DNA from: an uncultured delta proteobacterium
GTDB taxonomy: Bacteria > Desulfobacterota > Syntrophorhabdia > Syntrophorhabdales > WCHB1-27
Assembly (NCBI GenBank): GCA_963810935.1
Contig: CAWEPK010000012.1
Coordinates: 384,001-448,000 of the forward strand
Reading direction: 5' to 3'
Length of the DNA stretch: 64,000 bases
Shown piece by piece: positions 9,870 to 20,463 of this stretch; positions within the stretch are counted from its first letter, which is position 1, and every line of letters starts with the position of its first letter. A program made the translations under genes and the position numbers. Below the pieces are notes generated by a model, which was not told the DNA's origin, ran no database searches, and saw nothing but the letters and a program-made list of their open reading frames with translations.

Positions 9870-10645
9870 GCCGCCCGCCTTCCGGAAAGGAACCGGTACA
9901 TATCGGCAAAGCCCTCCGGCTCTATCTCCTCCGCCCGAACAGAGGCGGAAAACCCCATGTGGCTGTAAAGGGCGTCGAGCTCGTCCGGCGCGTACTTCCC
10001 CTCAAGACAGTGGCGCAGGTACTTCCTTTTGTAGCGGAAAGCGCTTTTCACGAAATCGATAAGCCCCCGGTCGGCCTGCTCCGTGTCCTTGAATACGATG
10101 GAGATAAAGGCGCTCTCCACTTTCGGAGGGGGGATAAAAAGGCCGGGCTTGATGAAAAAGAGGACCTTCGCCGCTGCATATAGCCTGAATATGACCGAAA
10201 TCGCGCCGTAAGCGCGGCTGTGGCTCGGGCTCACTATCCTCTGGGCCACTTCCTTTTGCATCGTCAGGTAAGCACCCGATACGTGCGCCTTTTCGTCGAG
10301 CAACTTGAAGAGGATCTCCCCTGTGAGGTAATAGGGTATGTTGCCCATCACGGTCACTTTTACCCCGTCCGAAAGCGCGGGCAGCCCGACCTGCATGATG
10401 TCCGAAAAGACGACCCGCAGGTTGGGAAGCTCCCGGCCGAGCGAAACGAGCACCTCTTCAAAGCTCCGGTCGATCTCAACCGCGCAGACATGCTGCGCCC
10501 TGGCCGCGATGCAGCGCGTCAGGTCGCCCTGGCCCGGCCCGATCTCGATGACCGTATCGTCACTCCCTACGCCTGCCAGCCTGACCATCTTGTCGAGAAG
10601 GTTTTTGTCCTTAAGAAGGTGCTGGCCAAGACTTTTCTTCAGCAC
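9866..10645 (-). CDS. rsmA: 16S rRNA adenine dimethyltransferase
   Basis: KKSLGQH, EIGPGQG, VEID, NIPYY, MQKEVA, PPPKVES. Confidence 0.95.
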   Translation of the reverse strand: MLKKSLGQHLLKDKNLLDKMVRLAGVGSDDTVIEIGPGQGDLTRCIAARAQHVCAVEIDRSFEEVLVSLGRELPNLRVVFSDIMQVGLPALSDGVKVTVMGNIPYYLTGEILFKLLDEKAHVSGAYLTMQKEVAQRIVSPSHSRAYGAISVIFRLYAAAKVLFFIKPGLFIPPPKVESAFISIVFKDTEQADRGLIDFVKSAFRYKRKYLRHCLEGKYAPDELDALYSHMGFSASVRAEEIEPEGFADMYRFLSGRRAA

Positions 10646-11643
10646 GCGGCCACCTTCAGCGCCATGCGCGAGTAAGCCTTTGCGTCCGGCCCCGAAAAAA
10701 GGCCTTTCCGGGCATAGAAACAGGCGGTGACGGCCACCATCGCCCCGTTGTCGGCGCAGAGGGCGGGTGAAGGGAAGAAAACGGAAACGTCATGTCCCTC
10801 GCACCCTTTTTTCAGCATCTCCCTCAGCCGGCCGTTAGCCGCAACCCCGCCGCCCACGACTATCCTTTTAACGCCGAGGTCCCGTGCTGCCCTCACCGTT
10901 TTCGAAACGAGCACGTCGAAGGCCGCCTCCTGAAAGGACGCCAGGATGTCATTGCGGTTTTCGTCCGTCACTCCGTTCTTCTTGACGTAATTGATAAACG
11001 CCGTCTTCAAGCCGCTGTACGAGAAATCGTAGTTGCGCTCGTCGGCCATCGGCCTCGGGAAGGCGACTGCGTCGGGCCTGCCGCCCCGTGCGAGCCCCTC
11101 GACGATGCTCCCGCCCGGATAACCGAGGGAGAGGTATTTTGCCACCTTGTCGAACGCCTCGCCCGCTGCGTCGTCCCGCGTGGTCCCGATCAGGCGGAAG
11201 CTGCACGGCTCCTCGAAATAAAGGATAACCGTATGGCCGCCGGAGACGATGAGCGCAATAAAGGGGAACTCGACCTCCGTCTCGCTGAAGATGCTCATGG
11301 CGTGCGCCTCGACGTGGTTGACGCCGACCATCGGCTTCCCCGTCGCAAGCTCGAGCCCCTTGACGAAGCAGAGGCCCGCGAGCACCGAGCCGATCAGGCC
11401 CGGCCCCTGCGTAACTGCCAGGACATCGATATCCCCAAGGGCGACGCCCGCCTCGCTGAGGGCCTGCCCGTAAATGGCGTCGATAAGCTCAACGTGCTTC
11501 CTGGACGCTATCTCCGGCACCACCCCGCCGAAAAGCCTGTGCACAGACACCTGGCTCGACACGACATTAGACAGGATCCGCGTCCCATCCGCAACCGCAA
11601 CGGACGTATCGTCACAAGAAGTATCTATTCCAAGGATTATCAT
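10639..11643 (-). CDS. tsaD: tRNA N6-threonylcarbamoyladenosine synthase
   Basis: LGIDTSCDDT, GGVVPEIASRKH, NHVEAH, SGGHT, DDAAGEAFDK, DNGAM. Confidence 0.96.
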   Translation of the reverse strand: MIILGIDTSCDDTSVAVADGTRILSNVVSSQVSVHRLFGGVVPEIASRKHVELIDAIYGQALSEAGVALGDIDVLAVTQGPGLIGSVLAGLCFVKGLELATGKPMVGVNHVEAHAMSIFSETEVEFPFIALIVSGGHTVILYFEEPCSFRLIGTTRDDAAGEAFDKVAKYLSLGYPGGSIVEGLARGGRPDAVAFPRPMADERNYDFSYSGLKTAFINYVKKNGVTDENRNDILASFQEAAFDVLVSKTVRAARDLGVKRIVVGGGVAANGRLREMLKKGCEGHDVSVFFPSPALCADNGAMVAVTACFYARKGLFSGPDAKAYSRMALKVAAC

Positions 11644-11683
11644 ACAGTGAAGGAAAGGGCGGCGCATACGCGCCGCCCTTATT

Positions 11684-13069
11684 CTAGATTTCGTTCCAGT
11701 CGATCTTAACTTTGGTCGATTTTTTGAGTCCCTTCTCTGAACGACGACAGGAACGCCTCTTTCGCCATTGCCTCGTGGATACGCAGGTACGTCGCCTTGT
11801 CCTTGTCCCACTGGGCGCTGTCCGGCTGCTTCTCGTCGGTGCACTTGAAGACGTAGTACTTGCCGCCTATGGAGACGGGTTTTCCATAGATGCCGCCTTT
11901 CGACAGGGCCAGCACGCCGGCGTCTTCCCTCGGTATCTGGCCGATCCCCTGGACCATCATCACGTTCCTGGCCATAAGGGGCGTGTCTTTGCCGAATTTG
12001 GCGTCCTTCGCCTTGATGGCGTCCTCGGCCTTCACCCGCGCCGCGACCTTTGCCTTCTCTGCCGCCAGGCTCGCCCTGATTTCCTTCAGCGCATCGGCCT
12101 TGTCGAGCGGTTTGCCGTCCTGCCGGTCCACGATCTGGAAGATGAAAGACCTGTCGCCGCTCCTTACGGGCAGCGAGATCTCGCCCTTCCCCAACCCCTT
12201 CAGCCAGTCCTTGACCTTGAGGTTGGCGAACTTGGCCATCAGGTCGCTCTCCTTAGCGTGCCAAGGTCTGTGACCTCCAGGCCCTTCGACTTGCCGTAGG
12301 CGAGCATGTCCTTCGTCTTCAGCATCTCCATATACGCCTGGTCGTCTTTGACCCCGCTCTTGTCGGTGATGAGCATGTAACGGAGGTGGTACGTGTTCTC
12401 CGAGCGGTGCGCGTCTTTCTCCCTGTCGTAAATGGCGGAAAGCTGCTTCTCGTCGATGTCCACCTTGTCCTTATAGCTGTCCGGGTCGAAGACCGCGGCT
12501 GCGAGCTTGATCTGGCCCTTCTCCCGCAGGTACGCGTCACGGGCGGCGTTATCGTCCTGGCGGACGCCGTTGTCGCCGATGATCCTCATCACCCTGTCTA
12601 TGGTCATTGCCTGCCTCTCGCTGTCCTCGAACGTCTTCGGGTCGAGGTTGTTCCTTTTGAGGAAGTACATGTACGCTTCCTCGTTGAACACGCCGTTCTT
12701 CTTGAACGGCTCGATCCCGGCGAGATAGGCCTGGAACTCCTTGTCGGATACCCGGACGCCCATGTCTTCCGCCTTAGTCAGCATCAGGTACTTGTCCACG
12801 AGCTGGCCCATCGTCGCTTCCTTGAGCTTGAGCTGGCCCTTCGTCTCGTCGTCGAACTTGTCCCTGTACAGGTTTCTGTAGAAGTTCTCCAGCCTGGTGT
12901 ACGCCTGATAGTACTCGGCGGCCGTTATCTTATACGGTCCCACCTGTGCTATCGTCTTGTCCGGGCCGCCTTTATTGAACCCGAATGTGAACACAAAGAC
13001 GACTATGATGATGGCGCAGATAATCCCGAGCAGCCACCTGCTTGCGTGTTTTCGCATAAACCTTAACAT
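11684..13069 (-). CDS. ppiD: PpiD/SurA N-terminal-domain chaperone with two apparent frameshifts (~12253, ~11731)
   Basis: MLRFMRKHAS plus TM anchor; GTL|KESDLMAKF joins the two track ORFs; removing one G restores the C-terminus GLKKSTKVKIDWNEI*. Confidence 0.75.
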
Positions 13070-13362
13070 CGCTTCTCCTTTATTGGGGCTACGTCGCCCC
13101 CTCCACGAACAAAGTCCGTGGAGCCTCCCCCTCATAAAAAGGAAGAGGCATGCAGTTATCGGGGCCGCCCTGCCGCTTAGCCAAAACGGGCCGGTCCCCT
13201 TATCAAACAAAGGCGGGTATTGCCCGGCCTTCCCCCGGCCGGCTCCCTTTTAGTCTGTACTGCGCTTTTTTCGATGCTTTCCCTTGCTTGATTTTGATAC
13301 TTTAAAATAGTATATTAGCACTTGCTTTTCAATACCTTAAATTACCGGGGAGCAGCAGGATA

Positions 13363-14403
13363 ATGTTTGACGCTTTATTCGGATTCATATCGAAGGACCT
13401 GGCAATAGACCTGGGGACGGCAAATACCCTCGTATACCTGAAGGGCAAGGGCATCGTCACCAACGAGCCCTCCGTAGTGGCCGTCCATCAGGACCAGAGG
13501 GGGGCCAAAAGGGTCATTGCAGTAGGGGAAGAAGCTAAAAGAATGCTCGGCAAGACGCCGGGTAGCATAGTCGCCATCCGGCCGCTGAAAGACGGGGTCA
13601 TCGCCGACTTCGAAGTGACCGAGGCGATGCTCAAGTACTTCATTCAGAAGATACACAACAAGAAGTCTTACGCCCGCCCGCGCATCGTCATATCCATCCC
13701 GTCGGGCATCACCCCCGTCGAGAAAAGGGCAGTCAAGGAGTCGGCCGAGTCCGCAGGCGCCAGGGAGGTCTACCTCATAGAGGAGCCTATGGCGGCCGCA
13801 ATCGGGGTCGGTCTTCCCATAACGGAGCCCTCGGGCAATATGATCGTCGATATAGGCGGCGGCACCACCGAGGTGGCGGTTATCAGCCTGTCAGGCATCG
13901 TTTACTGCAATTCGGTAAGGATAGCGGGCGACAAGATAGACGAGGCCATTATCCAGTACGTAAAGAGGAAGTACAACCTGCTCATTGGGGAGCGCACGGC
14001 GGAGTACGTCAAGATAGCCATCGGGTCCGCCTACCCGCTCCAGAACGAGCAGGAGATAGACCTGGAGATAAAGGGGCGCGACCTCGTGGGGGGCATACCC
14101 AAAACGCTCGAAATCTCCTCCAAGGACATACGGGAAGCCATCGCCGAGCCGGTCAACGCGATAGTCGATTCAGTGCGGCTCGCCCTCGAAAGGACGCCTC
14201 CGGAGCTGGCGGCCGACATCGTGGAAAAAGGCATCGTCCTCTCGGGTGGCGGCGCCATGCTGAAGAACCTCGACCTCATCATCAAAGAGGTGACGAGGCT
14301 GCCCGTCATAGTTGCGGAAAACCCGCTTACGGCAGTCGTCGAGGGCGCAGGCAGGGTCCTGGACGAGATGAACCTTCTAAGAGAAATAGCAGCGAAGTTC
14401 TAA
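13363..14403 (+). CDS. mreB: Rod shape-determining protein MreB
   Basis: [36 protein letters not shown]. Confidence 0.98.
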   Translation: MFDALFGFISKDLAIDLGTANTLVYLKGKGIVTNEPSVVAVHQDQRGAKRVIAVGEEAKRMLGKTPGSIVAIRPLKDGVIADFEVTEAMLKYFIQKIHNKKSYARPRIVISIPSGITPVEKRAVKESAESAGAREVYLIEEPMAAAIGVGLPITEPSGNMIVDIGGGTTEVAVISLSGIVYCNSVRIAGDKIDEAIIQYVKRKYNLLIGERTAEYVKIAIGSAYPLQNEQEIDLEIKGRDLVGGIPKTLEISSKDIREAIAEPVNAIVDSVRLALERTPPELAADIVEKGIVLSGGGAMLKNLDLIIKEVTRLPVIVAENPLTAVVEGAGRVLDEMNLLREIAAKF

Positions 14404-14420
14404 GCAGTTAAAGGCAACCG

Positions 14421-15221
14421 GTGAAAGGCACCTTCGTAATTATAACGGCTGTCTTATTACTCGTTCTCACCTTCCTTCTGTTCACTAACATACCCGTCTT
14501 CAACAGGGGCTACGTCAGGGTAAAATCGAACATGGCGGACGGCATGGGGCCGGTGCTTCAGGCGCTGCGGTTCCCCATGCGCGGCGTGCACGCGGTCATC
14601 GGCGGGTACGTGGACATCATCGGAGTAAAGGGGACGAACCGCGAGCTTGTAAAGACGATAGGCAGGCTGGAGCTGGAGAACCAGAAGATCCCGGAGCTGG
14701 AGAAGGAGAACGAGCGGCTCAGGAAGCTCCTGCATTTGGCCGACCAGCAGCCAGGCAGGCTGATCGCCGCCCGTATCGTCGGCGAGGACGTCATGAACTG
14801 GTTCAAGTGCGTCCTGATAGATAAGGGGCAGGAGGCAGGGATAAAAGAAAGGATGCCGGTCATAACGCCTACCGGCCTCGTGGGACAGGTCATCGAGGTA
14901 AACAAGTGGCACGCAAAGGTAATGGTCGTCAACGACACGAATTCCGCCGTTGACGTCTACATATCGGGCAAGAACACCAGGGGGATAGCCGAAGGCGCGG
15001 GCCACACCACGCTCAAGCTCAAGTACGTGCTGAAGAACGATGACATAGAGCCTGGCGACAAGCTGATAACGTCGGGCAAAGACGCCATATTCCCCAGAGG
15101 CTACCCTGTGGGGATCGTCATCTCCGTAGACAAAAACAAGCCGGGCCTCTTTTCCGACGTCGACGTCATGCCGTTCAACAACTTCCGGAAGCTCGACGAA
15201 GTCATGATAGTGAGCAAATGA
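14421..15221 (+). CDS. mreC: Rod shape-determining protein MreC
   Basis: ENERLRKLL, IDKG, GLVGQV, GDKLITSG, FPRG; operon position. Confidence 0.95.
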   Translation: MKGTFVIITAVLLLVLTFLLFTNIPVFNRGYVRVKSNMADGMGPVLQALRFPMRGVHAVIGGYVDIIGVKGTNRELVKTIGRLELENQKIPELEKENERLRKLLHLADQQPGRLIAARIVGEDVMNWFKCVLIDKGQEAGIKERMPVITPTGLVGQVIEVNKWHAKVMVVNDTNSAVDVYISGKNTRGIAEGAGHTTLKLKYVLKNDDIEPGDKLITSGKDAIFPRGYPVGIVISVDKNKPGLFSDVDVMPFNNFRKLDEVMIVSK

Positions 15222-15712
15222 TCAGAAAGCTCGCTTTCCTCGTATTCGGCGTCTTCCTTACGCTTTGCGCCTCCGCGGTTTTTTCGTCCCTGCCGCTGGA
15301 GATAGCCAAGCCCGACATGGGCGTACCCTTCATTATATACGGCGTATTCTTCCTCTCTCCGGCCGAAGGTCTGCTTGCCGCCGTCCTGTTCGGCTTCTGC
15401 AAGGAAATCCTTTCCAGCGCACCGGCGGGCTCCGCCCTCTTCGCCGGCGTCGGCGTCGTCCTGTCATGCATCTTTCTGAAAAGCAGGCTCCTCATCGAGT
15501 CGCGCTATACCTTTGCCCTCGTCTGCGCGGCCGCCGTGCTCACGGAATCTTTCATCTTCCTCGCCCTGTCCATGCTCGCCAAGGGCGACACTAAAGACTT
15601 TTACAATGTCCTTATCTTCTCGATCCCCGATGCCATAGAGACCGGCTTCCTGGGGCTTCTCATGTTCGTTCTGTTCGAGCGGGCGAAGATACGCTACATG
15701 AGCAGGGTGTAG
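15218..15712 (+). CDS. mreD: Rod shape-determining protein MreD
   Basis: Hydrophobic 164-aa ORF between mreC and mrdA with ATGA overlap. Confidence 0.85.
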   Translation: MIRKLAFLVFGVFLTLCASAVFSSLPLEIAKPDMGVPFIIYGVFFLSPAEGLLAAVLFGFCKEILSSAPAGSALFAGVGVVLSCIFLKSRLLIESRYTFALVCAAAVLTESFIFLALSMLAKGDTKDFYNVLIFSIPDAIETGFLGLLMFVLFERAKIRYMSRV

Positions 15713-15713
15713 C

Positions 15714-17516
15714 GTGAAGGAACACAACGAATCGGCAGCCCGCGACAGGAAATACAAGTGGTGCGAGCGCATACTGGCCCTCACCATGATCGTCCTCTTC
15801 ATGCGCCTCTTCGATTTGCAGATATTGAAAGGCGACGAGATGAGGAGGCTTTCGGAGCAAAACCGGGTGCGCGTCAAAAAGATACTGGCCCCCAGGGGCA
15901 CCATCTTCGACAGGACGGGCAAGATACTGGCCGACACGCGCCCGTCGTACAACCTTTACCTGATCCCCGAAGACATTAGGGACTTCAACCAGACCGTTGA
16001 CGGCTGCGTCAACCTCCTGACCCTCGACAGGGACGAGATCATCGAGAAGCTGAAGGACGCGCGCGATTTCCCGCCGTCTTTCCCCGTCAAGGTACTTACC
16101 GACATGTCGATGGACCAGGTGGCGAAGATTGAGGCCAGCAAGTTTTACCTGCCGGGCGTCATGATCCAGATCGAGCCGAAGCGCAACTATACGTATGGCC
16201 CGATGTTCGCGCACGTCCTCGGGTATGTGTCCGAGGTGAGTCCCGACGAGCTTAAAACCGAGGACTACAAGAAGTACGCCATCGGAGACACAATCGGCAA
16301 GTTCGGGCTGGAGAGAAAATACGAAAAGTACCTCCGGGGCGTGGACGGCGAGAAAAGGGTCGAGGTAGACGCGTCAGGCAAGGAGATCAGGACCCTCGAC
16401 ACGAAGGAGCCGGTCTCCGGAAACAGCATCTACCTGAACGTCGACCTGAACATCCAGGCAACGATAGATAAGGCCCTCGAAGGCAAGAAGGGGGGCGTGA
16501 TAGTCTCAGACCCCCGCACCGGGGGCGTGCTGGCCCTCGTCAGCCATCCCGCTTTCGACCCCAACCAGCTTACGTCCGGCTCGCGCGGATACTGGAAGAC
16601 TGTTCTCTCCGACCAGTCCAACCCGCTCAACAATAGGGTCATCCAGGGGCGCTTCCCTCCCGGCTCGACATTCAAGCCGCTGGTGGCGCTCGCCGCCCTC
16701 GAGAAAGGGGTCATCAACGAGACTACGAGCTTTAACTGCGGCGGCCACTTCACGTTCGCAGGCCACGTCTTTAAGTGCTGGCAGAAAAAGGGGCACGGCT
16801 CCGTGGCCATACATAAGGGCATAGTCGCCTCCTGCGACGTCTTTTTCTACAATACGGGCCTGAGGGCCGGCATAGACACCATCCACGAGTGGGCCGAAAA
16901 GATCGGCATCACGAAGCCGTCGGGGATAGACCTGCCGGGGGAGAACGTCGGCCTCGTCCCGTCGACGGAGTGGAAGAAGAAAAAGAAAGGGGAGAAGTGG
17001 TACGAGGGTGAGACGGTCTCCGTGGCGATAGGCCAGGGCGCCGTCTGGCTCACGCCTATAGAGCTGCTGCAGCTAACGTCTTTCATGGGCAACGAGGGCG
17101 TCACCTTCAAGCCTCGGCTGGTGAACAGGATAGTCTCGCCGGAGGGAAAGATAATAACGGTCTTCGAGCCTGAGATGAGCGCCAACGTAAAGCTCGACAA
17201 ACAGCACATAACGCTCGTCAAGGAGGGGATGAAGGGCGTAGTGAATGAGCCCGGCGGCACGGCCTACAGCAACGCCCGCCTGCAGAACGTGAGCATGAGC
17301 GGAAAGACAGGGTCCGCGCAGTCGGGCACAGGCGGCGCCGACCACGCGTGGTTCATCGCGTTTGCGCCCAGCGACGCCCCGTCGGTCGCCATGAGCATAC
17401 TGGTAGAGCACGGCATGCACGGCGCGTCCGCCGCCGCCCCGATCGCGAAGGCGGTAGCGGAGACTATGTTCAAGCAGCAACAAGACATAAAATCGGCGGC
17501 CCTCAATGTACATTGA
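15714..17516 (+). CDS. mrdA: Penicillin-binding protein 2
   Basis: APRGTIFDR, STFK (SxxK), SCD, KTG motifs. Confidence 0.97.
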   Translation: MKEHNESAARDRKYKWCERILALTMIVLFMRLFDLQILKGDEMRRLSEQNRVRVKKILAPRGTIFDRTGKILADTRPSYNLYLIPEDIRDFNQTVDGCVNLLTLDRDEIIEKLKDARDFPPSFPVKVLTDMSMDQVAKIEASKFYLPGVMIQIEPKRNYTYGPMFAHVLGYVSEVSPDELKTEDYKKYAIGDTIGKFGLERKYEKYLRGVDGEKRVEVDASGKEIRTLDTKEPVSGNSIYLNVDLNIQATIDKALEGKKGGVIVSDPRTGGVLALVSHPAFDPNQLTSGSRGYWKTVLSDQSNPLNNRVIQGRFPPGSTFKPLVALAALEKGVINETTSFNCGGHFTFAGHVFKCWQKKGHGSVAIHKGIVASCDVFFYNTGLRAGIDTIHEWAEKIGITKPSGIDLPGENVGLVPSTEWKKKKKGEKWYEGETVSVAIGQGAVWLTPIELLQLTSFMGNEGVTFKPRLVNRIVSPEGKIITVFEPEMSANVKLDKQHITLVKEGMKGVVNEPGGTAYSNARLQNVSMSGKTGSAQSGTGGADHAWFIAFAPSDAPSVAMSILVEHGMHGASAAAPIAKAVAETMFKQQQDIKSAALNVH

Positions 17517-18612
17517 CCGTAGAAGGCTTTACCACCTCGACTGGTACCTGATACTCAACGGCCTGGTCCTTCTCGCCATCGGCTTCATCAACCTGGCGAG
17601 CGCGACGAGGTCGATCGATACGGGGCCGTACAACCTGCTTCTGAAGCAGGCGGTAGCCCTCTGCATAGGCGTCGCCGTCCTTTTCCTGATCCTTACGTAC
17701 GATTATCGCCTGATCGCCAGCTACGCCAGGCACTTCTACGGCGCAACCCTCTTTTTCATAATCTTCGTCCTCGTCCTCGGGACTATAGCGGGCGGGGCGA
17801 AAAGATGGCTCAGCATAGCCGGGATCGCCTTCCAGCCGTCGGAGCTGATGAAGCCCGTAATGGTGCTCATGCTCGCCAATATGCTATTCCAGCGAAAGAA
17901 GGAGGGCGAGCGGCTGAACATGAAAGACATCCTCGTGCCGCTGCTCTATATCCTGGTCCCGTGCGTCCTCATCCTGAAGCAGCCGGACCTGGGCACCGCA
18001 GTCGTCATACTCCTTTGTTGCGCCTGCATGCTCTGGTACGTCGGCCTGACCCGGATAACGTACGTCTTTTTGGGGAGCTTCGGGCTCTCCTCGATACCCA
18101 TCCTCTGGAAATTCCTGATGAAGCCGTACCAGAAGATGCGGATACTCAGCCTCGTCAACCCGGACATGGACCCGTCGGGGTACGGGTACCATTCGATACA
18201 GGCGAAAATAGCGGTCGGCTCAGGCGGCCTCATAGGCAAAGGGTACCTTAACGGGACACAGCATAAGCTCCATTTCATCCCGGAGCACCACACCGATTTC
18301 ATTTTCACGGTCATCGGGGAGGAATGGGGTTTCATCGGGTCGATCATACTTTTCATGCTCTTCATCTCGTTCATTTACAGGTGCCTGAAGATATCCCAGA
18401 ACACGAACGAGCCGCTAGGCTCGGCCATCTGCTTCGGCGTGGCGTCGATGATCTTCATACAGTTTACGATCAATATCCTGATGGCGATAAACCTGGCCCC
18501 GGTAGTAGGCATCCCCCTACCGTTCATCAGCTACGGCGGCTCCTCGCTGATATCCACCCTCATCGGCGTGGCGCTATTGCTGAACATCAACATGCGACGA
18601 TATATGTTCTAG
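17506..18612 (+). CDS. rodA: SEDS peptidoglycan polymerase RodA
   Basis: GAKRWL, QPSE, QPDLGT, PEHHTDFIF, PFISYGGSS. Confidence 0.97.
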   Translation: MYIDRRRLYHLDWYLILNGLVLLAIGFINLASATRSIDTGPYNLLLKQAVALCIGVAVLFLILTYDYRLIASYARHFYGATLFFIIFVLVLGTIAGGAKRWLSIAGIAFQPSELMKPVMVLMLANMLFQRKKEGERLNMKDILVPLLYILVPCVLILKQPDLGTAVVILLCCACMLWYVGLTRITYVFLGSFGLSSIPILWKFLMKPYQKMRILSLVNPDMDPSGYGYHSIQAKIAVGSGGLIGKGYLNGTQHKLHFIPEHHTDFIFTVIGEEWGFIGSIILFMLFISFIYRCLKISQNTNEPLGSAICFGVASMIFIQFTINILMAINLAPVVGIPLPFISYGGSSLISTLIGVALLLNINMRRYMF

Positions 18613-18617
18613 GGTGG

Positions 18618-18742
18618 GGGGCCGGGATATTTTGGCGCTATGCGCCTGTCTCTCCGGGCCGCACGTCCTCACGTACAAAGAAGTACGCTCCGGGCGGCGG
18701 CTCCTCGATCACGGCGCCTATCATCCAAAATCTCCCGGCCCC
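18618..18742 (+). repeat. Palindromic interspersed repeat, copy C
   Basis: GGGGCCGGGA...CTCACGTACAAAGAAGTACGCTCCGG...TCCCGGCCCC. Confidence 0.85.
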
Positions 18743-18824
18743 TGGCAGTGCGAGTACGTAGAGGCGGTCTTTATTATACGGTTGGAATTCGTCCCCGCTA
18801 TTCCAGTCCTTGCTTAGATGTCTG

Positions 18825-19502
18825 TTATCCCGATCTTCCGATTTTTTTCCATATAATCGGAATCAATATCAGAAGGGCAAGACACATCAGGGAAACGAGC
18901 GTTCGGGATTGGAGCACGTCTTTTAGGGATGAAATGTTGCCCATTTGGCTTCCCGTGAAGGTGTAGATGAGACATACAGGAAGCATGCCTACAGCCGTGG
19001 CCCAGGTAAAAGTGCGAAGGGGCAGCCTGGTAAGGCCGCACAGGTAGTTGACGATAAGAAAAGGAAAAACAGGGACGATCCTGGACGCTATAACGTACAG
19101 GTGGCCATGCCGCTCAAGTTCGGCGTTGAACAGGCTGAGCTGCGATGCGTACCTGACCTGAAGCCAACTGCCCATTACATAGCGGGACAGGACGAATGCC
19201 AGGACCGCGCTGGTCGTGGCGCCGATGCTTGAGTAAATCGCACCGGGGAAGGTATGAAAGAAAACGCCCCCGGCGACGGTGAGGATCAGAGCGGCCGGAA
19301 GAATCAGGGCCGTCACACCGTAGACAATCATGTAAATCAGAACGGATAGCAGATAGTGTCTTCCGATTAACTGTTCAAGAATTTCGCGATGCTCGTTTAA
19401 CTTTCCAGGCGTCAGATAACGGCTGAGACCGGAAAGATGCGCCGTCACGGCCATTGCCAGCACAAAAAGGACCAGAATAAATTTCCTGTTCAGGATTCTC
19501 AT
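18825..19502 (-). CDS. TVP38/TMEM64 (DedA superfamily) membrane protein
   Basis: LTVAGG..F, GAT..A..F..SRY, RIVPVFPF..VNY..G. Confidence 0.9.
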   Translation of the reverse strand: MRILNRKFILVLFVLAMAVTAHLSGLSRYLTPGKLNEHREILEQLIGRHYLLSVLIYMIVYGVTALILPAALILTVAGGVFFHTFPGAIYSSIGATTSAVLAFVLSRYVMGSWLQVRYASQLSLFNAELERHGHLYVIASRIVPVFPFLIVNYLCGLTRLPLRTFTWATAVGMLPVCLIYTFTGSQMGNISSLKDVLQSRTLVSLMCLALLILIPIIWKKIGRSG

Positions 19503-20272
19503 CAGTCTGGGGCGTTCTCCATGCTTACCTCCCCGAACAGCCTGGACCGGATCAGGCCCATCTTCGCCAACCGGTAGTTGAAGGCTGTTGCCAGACAGCC
19601 CAGACCGTATTTGACGCTACGGGAGAAGTTGATAGATGAAGCGTCCGGGAAATATTTTGTCGGGCAGCTCACCTCCGCAACGACGTAGCCGAGCCACAGG
19701 ACCTGGGCAATGAACTGGTTGTCGAAGATGAAGTCGTTGGAGTTGCGGCCGAACGGTATTCTCTCCAGAAGCTCGCGCGAAAAGGCGCGGTAGCCCGTAT
19801 GATACTCGGAAAGTTTCGCGCCCGTCAACACGTTTTCGGCAAGGGTGAGCAAGCGATTGAAGATGAACTTATACAGGGGCATCCCCCCTTTGAGGGCATA
19901 ACCGCCCAAAATTCTCGACCCGAGCACAACGTCATAGAGTCCGCTGCCGATCATGGAAACCATGGCGGGAATAAGCAGCGGCGTATACTGGTAGTCAGGG
20001 TGCACCATAATGACGATGTCGGCGCCCTCGAGGATCGCTTCCCGGTAGCAGGTCTTTTGATTACCGCCATAGCCCAGGTTGGACTCATGTACAAAAACCT
20101 TGGTTTTGGGTAATGCGCGGGCAAGGTCTGCCGTACCGTCCTTGCTGCCGTCATCCACCACGATGACCAGGTCTACGCAATCCTGTTGAAGCACCTCAGC
20201 GTGTGTCTGAAGAAGCGTCCCCTCGGCATTGTAGGCCGGCATCACGACAACCACCTTCTTCTTCTGATACAT
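19502..20272 (-). CDS. Glycosyltransferase family 2, DPM/polyprenol-phosphate glycosyltransferase-like
   Basis: VVMPAYN, VDDGSKD, NLGYGGNQKT, HPDYQY, GSR, HTGYRAF. Confidence 0.9.
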   Translation of the reverse strand: MYQKKKVVVVMPAYNAEGTLLQTHAEVLQQDCVDLVIVVDDGSKDGTADLARALPKTKVFVHESNLGYGGNQKTCYREAILEGADIVIMVHPDYQYTPLLIPAMVSMIGSGLYDVVLGSRILGGYALKGGMPLYKFIFNRLLTLAENVLTGAKLSEYHTGYRAFSRELLERIPFGRNSNDFIFDNQFIAQVLWLGYVVAEVSCPTKYFPDASSINFSRSVKYGLGCLATAFNYRLAKMGLIRSRLFGEVSMENAPD

Positions 20273-20463
20273 ACCGTCTCCTCGCTCCACCCGGATGGGC
20301 CAATATTAACTGACAGAAGAATATCACATCATGCGCATACCTCAAGTGGTAATTTTCAGGTCGCGGACCCAAACAAATCTCTTTTCTCTGAAATCCGGCT
20401 ATGTTACACTCTGTCCCGCGCATGGGTACCGGTAGACGGCAGCCCGTTGCGGCCGTTAATGCC

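Noticed and set aside
13120..13247. 6S RNA
   Set aside because: The paired region is about 130 nt, shorter than typical 6S, and no convincing symmetrical central bubble was seen
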